DNA of 64,000 bases from Marsupella aquatica (lineage: Eukaryota; Plantae; Marchantiophyta): positions 14,043,037 to 14,107,036 of the forward strand of contig OZ316891.1 in assembly GCA_973895155.1 (NCBI GenBank), read 5' to 3'. The notes under the pieces are model-generated. The model was not told the DNA's origin. It worked only from the letters and a program-made list of their open reading frames with translations, and did not search any database. Shown piece after piece: positions 57,280-64,000 of the stretch (positions are counted from its first letter, which is position 1; each line of letters opens with the position of its first letter). Made by a program: the position numbers and the translations under genes.

Positions 57280-59175
57280 AGCCAAGTCCCCCTCTTCTCC
57301 GGTGGAGAATCAATACATCCGGTTCAAAGTGATGATCCGAGGCCAGTGAAAGATGTACTCTCTCTCGGCTTATGAGAAGAGACACTGTTAAGCCGCTATT
57401 CTTTGCTGATGTATGCTATCAGATGGAAATCCATTGAATCTGCATATTGTGAGGGGTGTACTTACCCCAACGCACAGCCTTTTCGAGTTCACCAAGCTGG
57501 TGGTGTAAAGCATAATAAGGCCAGCAACCGCTTCCGCAAACTATCCCTCTACTCGAGAACTCTTTTGGCTGGCCAATTATCATCATCCGCTTTCTTTTCC
57601 GTCTTGAATTAGGAGGTGCCAAATTCCCATTCTATAGATTGCCCGTTTCATCCTGTCTGCTCGCTCTCGCCCTCCCTTTCTAACTCTCTTACCACTTGTC
57701 TAGCTCGTCCTTCATTCATAGAGGATCGAAGACTTGGACGGAAAGGCACCTCATGAAATATTAGGCTGTAGTCAAGGCTTCCACTCCAGTTAATGTGCGA
57801 GCTCTGTAGACTATTAGCTGCTGTACTTTGTTTAGAAAAGATTCAATAGTCTAGTGTAGAATGTGGCTGAGTGCCAAACTCGGACACAGCGCCTGTAGTA
57901 TGCACTCCAATTGAAACAGCGCTTGATGTATGTTTTTAGAGGCTAACTAGCACCTGTGAGCCCCGCCGTGAGCAAGGCCCCATGTATAAAATGTCTCATG
58001 ATTCATTATTTAATATAATATTTGTGTTTCACTGCGAAAGCTTCTTCTATATTGTTGCGTCCGCCAGGTACCTGTGAAACACGAATGTTGTTTTATAGTT
58101 CACCTGCACTTTCGAGGGTTTGAGATCTTCTAGTGAGACAACGTAGAAGATGTGAAATATTCAATTTTTGAAGTACTTGAAAAATTGAAGGACTATTGAT
58201 AGATCGATTGGCCAAATGTCTGAAATTGTTGCAAGAGTCCCGGCCACATGTAGGAACAACTGTGATTGAAACAGCTGATTTGATCTCCAGAATTTTTTCA
58301 ACTTAAGCGAGTCTGAGACTGTGCCCGTTCGGAGCGAAAGGCAGTTTCCCTTCTTGATCGATACGGTCAATTTGTGGAAAATTGTGCATGTCTTCGTGTT
58401 ATAAATGGGAGCGGTTCGAATGGAACATGGTTTGGTCGCCTTCAAGGCACGACGCGCTAATACGATGTTGGCAACTTGGACTACGTAGCAACGTGAGAAT
58501 TAGATGGATAGAAACGCCAACAGGTTTTCTGGTCTACCTGTAAAAATCTTCTCGAAGAAACCACGCGCGAAGAGCATGGATAATTGATTGGAACTTCTCG
58601 CTCAAATATTGTCAAAGTGTCCCAGCCAGGTCATAAAACCTCGATTCCTTTGTAGCATAGAGTTCGGGACTGCAGAGAACATTTGCAGTGGCGGTGGAGA
58701 TGTACTAGTCGGATGAAGTTCTTGAGCCCAGGGTTGTGAGACTGGATACCGTCTGAACATCGGTTTCTAGCTAACAGACTTCAGTTCATGTTGTTTGGAC
58801 TACTACGATTGCGAGTTCACCTTCGTTGTAAGTTAGAATCCAGGTCGGAATCTGATGAGAGTTTATCCACTCCCTCCGTATCCCAGTCATGAATCATCTG
58901 CCAGTTTCGTCGATCCGGGCATCTGACGAAAACGAAACACGATGTTCTTTTCCCCTGCTGTATGACTTGCGTTGATGTTGAGACACAAGCGTGTCAAGTG
59001 ACGGGTCCGAAATTCAAGGTTGCAACATAAAACATGTGTTACAGGAGTCGCATCAAGCAGCCTACTTTATAGACCAATTGTATGTTCTAGATTTGGACCA
59101 GGACTTGGGTTTTGTTCAGTTTAGCGTTTTTCTCATGTGATGAGGCCACACTCTTGACAGGACAGGTGTCTGGCA

Positions 59176-59229
59176 GTTGCCAGTTGTGTCTGTGTGATTG
59201 AGGTTGCCAGTTGTGTCTGTGTGATTGAG
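59176..59229. repeat. 27-bp perfect tandem duplication
   Basis: gttgccagttgtgtctgtgtgattgag x2. Confidence 0.9.
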
Positions 59230-62200
59230 ATGCTGACTCAATCTGTAATATTACTTCCCCTAGGGAACTTGCGGCTCCCCACAATATAGTTTTACTAGTA
59301 TAATTGTGCTGGTTTCGCTCAATTATAGTACCGCACCCTCCGAGAATTGAGCCAGGAAGCAGTATAGGCAAGTACCTACTGGACGCCACCTTTAGAAACA
59401 CATGACACGCCCGACCTCGAGCGGCCCAGAAAGGACAAATTCTCTGCAGCTAGAGAGTGTATTGTGTTTATTGGCTTGGAAACAATGAGGACGGAGATTA
59501 GCGGCGGCTGGACGCGAATGGCGTACCACACAGACTGGGTGGAAGTGTAATCTCACAGCGTGAGGAAATCGGCTCTCAAGAGTTGAGGAGCCGGAAATTG
59601 GTCCTCAAGAGCCGAGAAGCGAGTTTGTTCGTTGGGACTTGAGGAGAAAGACCCGAGGAGAAAGACTTACAATTGATGTGGATGAGATGAGAGAGCGTGG
59701 ACGTGAGCTGAGTGAAGAGAAGCAGACGGAGGCTTGACCTCCAAGAAAGGATGAGGGGTGAGTACGTCCGAGCGATGTCAAGAGGCGGGCCCAGCTTGGT
59801 GATATTTTGTGAGGAGCAGCACAGCTGGTGAGCTGTGGATGGTGTTACCTGCACGTACCTTTGCCCGGGTCAGCTATGGCGGCCCCACCTACGATTGCAA
59901 TAATGTGCCTTCCTGAGTACAGGTCCAATAGATCCAACCTTAGCGAAGATTCACACAATCCGCTACGATTTGCTCGGTCCATTTCGGGAAGTCAAAGAAC
60001 GACCTCGCTCTCCGCGTGTTCTCCTAGCTCCATATTTCCCGGCGGGCATAAATAAAATGAAATACTATAAAAACTGCTAGAGACACTACACGACGGTGGG
60101 CGTAAAGGTGCTCCTCGAGCAGCGATGTGCAGAGGATGTGCGATGTGCAGAGTGACGAGTAAGCAATGAGCACACCCATGTAACCGTAGTGGTACTAGGT
60201 TCGCGATTCTCAATAGTTAAAATGTATTTTTACTTGCTTCCAGATGTTCAGGGGTGGCGATTTTACTTTTTCAGACCTTATTAATGCCTTCACTGAGTTT
60301 TCTCTTTGTAATTATTGGTGTTTCATGGAGAAGATTTTAATTTCCAGACCTCAATGCCCTTCGTGCTTTAAGCTTTTGGTGTTTTATGGAGAACAATGGA
60401 AATAACAGATTTGGGTATGGAAAATTTAAATCTTCTCTCTTCTATTATTGAATATACTATACTATAAGAGAATATATTTTTAGCCTTTTAGAGTATTAAC
60501 GCCCTTTGATGAGTACATGATGGGAAACAAAAACCACTCAAAACTCAAGCTAAAGCCATCACTATTTTGAAGCAGTGTCTGTTGAAATAGGCGATGTCTT
60601 GGCTTGGTGTCAGTGAAATACCAGGAACTTAGAGTGAGCAAGCTTTTGCATATACTAACATCATGGCTACAGCGCATGGCTTGATATTTCACTGGTACCA
60701 AGCAAAACTTGTTTTAAGGCCTATTTCAGAAAATAAGACTGTTATTTAACACATTGTGAGTTATTTAAATAGTACTGTGCTTCTGCAAAAGATTTTTGGA
60801 AGAAAAAATCCAGCACTGAGGGGCTTGTTCTAGATAAGAAAATTAAAACAAATTTATGGGCCGGACTTTTACGACACTCCACCTATTTTTCATTCTTTCA
60901 AATTACCAACAACGAAAACAGATTTTCAAAGTATCTAGATCTTTTCGTTATTTTTGTCCTCTAAAAACAAGAACAAGCCTAACATGCCCATAGAGTGTAA
61001 TATGATAAATGGAAGAAGATCTATAGCTTGGAAAGATGATACGGTGTCTTTCATACTTCACATTTCAGAAGAGGGAGACATGATTACAACTTAGTATTGT
61101 TATTGAATGACATTTAGAGGTGTACTATGTCGCATGTGCATTGTTGTTGTGTTTAAGCAACAAGGACAGCTGAAAGAGCTGAAAGTGTTGCATGAATTGT
61201 TGACGAACTAATAGTGTTGCTGAAAGTGTTGTGATGTTGTCCTAAAATGAGCTAAAGGCAAGTTAAACACTCAAGAGCGAGAAGGAAATTTGTGCACAAC
61301 TGATGCAGAAGGTGAGTGTGCACAATTAGAACGACAATGTATTGACAAACAGAAAATAGTTAATCTGGAAAACTGTGGTCAAATAGGATTTGCCGGGGAA
61401 TGTGCACATGGTTTTGCTGTACAAGATGGAGCAAAAGTTTTAGGTTAAGCCTCACTGTCTAGTCACCCCATTCTCAAACCCACCTTCCTCCACTTGTCTA
61501 TCTGGCTCCTCTATCGAGTCACCCTTGCCCTACCCATTTCTAGATTTGGCCAGGGACTTGGCCCCCCATCTTGGCTTGTCTCTCTCCTCATTCTCCCCCA
61601 TCTGCAAACTTGACTACACTTAGGTTAGTAGAGCCTAGCCCCACCCATTCTTGTTCAGGCTTTGCTTGTGCTTTTAACTTGTGCAGGCCTGTGTCCTTAG
61701 TCACCTCCACACACATATATTTCTCATTGCAGGATCCCGCCCCAGAAATTTATGTAATCGAATGGGTGTGAGCATATGAACATATTCCTTAATTTATTTT
61801 AGGGTAATCATCATAAGCTATTTTTGGCAATCTAGGGGTTATATAAAGTGACATTTACATTATAAAGTTTTCAAGGCTATTCAAGCTCAAAAACTTCTGT
61901 AGTTTACATAGAACAAGATATTTCAAAATTCCAAAAATAAACAACTATACAAATACTAGAAATTTTAGGTTTGTACACATGTAAATTGGGGGTTTACTCT
62001 TAGTGCAACCAGGTGGCTAGGATTTGACAACACTTAAGCTAAATCCAGTGATGGTAGAAATGATTATTAGATATGCTTAGTAGACCCCCTTCTGGAAAAG
62101 TTTGCTTAATCAACTTGATACTTTTCCTCAATCTGAACCGTTGATGGACTTTCGATCTCAGCTTTGGGTTGTTGATAGACCTCAGGGGGTCGATCAAATA

Positions 62201-64000
62201 ACAAATTTCATTTCGGGGATCGATCAAGCAAATAACTTGGTTGAAAAATAAATTACTTTTCAACTGATTAAAAAACTCTTAAATGCATCACATTATCATG
62301 TCATGTAAATAAACTCAGAATAATAAAGAGAGAAACCAGGGCAAAGTGTGTAGTTATTAATGCAAAATTACTAGTATTATCCAAGAAAATAGAATCAATA
62401 GTTAAGGCTAATGATTGAGAAAATTGAAACCATATTATACAGACATTCCTAAATAAATCCAGAGTTCATCGGGCATAATTGTGTCTAATTCTGGTCGGAA
62501 TCAAAAGTTAGAACAAAATACTGTTACAAGAACAATTTTATCTTTGTTGATGTAGATGTTTTTATGTCCAGGCGATGATTAAGGGCCTTGGGTGTGAATG
62601 AAGATCTCTCGGTCAATTCTACCAGTCTCTTGAGTCAGATGAAACAAATCTAAAACAATCTGAGCCTATCTCTATCATTTCAATAAATAAAAAATTTAAC
62701 GCAAAAATTTAAGGGGTTGATTAAACCTCAAGAAATATAAATTACTAAAATGACTTGAAGGGGGTTCCTCTTCATTTCTAATGAATAAGAAAAACAGCGG
62801 CAGAACCCTCATAGTGTAAATTATAACTAAAAAATCAGCATTATGTGCATGCCAGGTGGAGTCTTATATGTACACTGTCGGAAATAATTTGTATGATGAC
62901 GTCATAATGAGAGAGTTCTTAGTGTATTATAGTTGTTTAGATTATCTCTACCGAAAAGTGCTTATTCCAATCCCAATCACTACATTAAGCCGCCATTTTG
63001 TTTGTGAACTTAATAAGTGCTTATTAGTCTATATTTGGACTGATTTTCCAATGCATTCAATTCTTGGGCTCGAAGAACTGAATGAATATCTGTAGTCTAC
63101 CAGTATTCTGGTCCACGTCTCCAGATCCTGCTTGCTCCTCCAATAATGTCCCCCGTGGAAACAGTCTTCTAGGCAGGCCCACTCAGGTCGCTGAGAAATT
63201 CCCTGTCATGAATGTACCTTTTAATCTGTAAATGCTTTTTGGCCTGAAAGGCCAATTTTGATGTTTTGCATAATCAAAAGAGCTTTAAAGTTGTTAAACA
63301 GGTACGGATGGATAAGACTAACAAAACTCCCGTGCACACGAGCACGCCCATGCCCCCATCAATAACCAAAGCTGAGCGCTGAACTGAATGATGACAGCAG
63401 AGCCCCGATACAGTAAAAGGCACAGTAAGTTAGCTTTCTAGGAACAAGACTGTGGTGCTGTCTGACGCGAGCCAAGCAGCCCATTCTCCCAGGTACCGAA
63501 GCCAACTGGCGGTCCTTAATCGGCCGGCCAAGGTCACCTCACTGCCAAGCGATCAAGAGAGTCCTGTACCGTCTGAATTTCGAAACATGGACTCATTGGC
63601 GAGTACCAGATCCGCCATGGAATCCGGTCCCGCCACGGAACTTGAGAATCCATCGAGTCGAAGGTGCAATCCAAATTATAAGACTGTCCACTTTGCTCTT
63701 AAGTGAAATCAATTCTTACAAACCATTTAAACTTTTCTATGTCAGTCAGAAATTAGTCAGAGCTCAATCGATCAAATAATCACCAGCGCGGACTCCACTT
63801 TGACTCCTAAGGAGGACTTTACAAGACGTCCGGGGCACTTGGGAGTTTTTTTTACCAAAGCAAACTGGAGGGCCATTGCACACACTAAATATAGTGTCCC
63901 AGGGCTAAAAGCATTTTTTGAAACCTTCTATTGCCCCCAAGATCTTGTAAAGCCAAGTGCAGCCAATGGTGCCAGAATAATTGACTAAAAGACAGACTGA

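Overview
Eukaryotic land-plant genomic DNA. Spliceosomal introns, a BSK kinase and a Dof transcription factor show it is a plant; a CRE-type retrotransposon and an SLC15-like peptide transporter tentatively suggest a bryophyte or lycophyte (inference). Two intact genes are present: a 10-exon BRASSINOSTEROID-SIGNALING KINASE (minus strand, 4530-10785, 491 aa, splice sites traced by hand) and a Dof zinc-finger factor (plus strand, ~56044-57279). The ~45 kb between them is mostly decayed, CpG-depleted transposon sequence (copia, L1-like LINEs, gypsy integrase, TIR elements). It also holds a PepT/SLC15-like POT transporter pseudogene with a Sec61-alpha fragment nested inside, a 48-bp pre-tRNA-Met fragment flanked by a 14-bp target-site duplication, a young 5'-truncated CRE-like retrotransposon, and an unrecognised signal-peptide-plus-repeated-exon locus with RRxL motifs that may be a degenerate secreted multi-peptide precursor. 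All calls are by eye; no searches were run.
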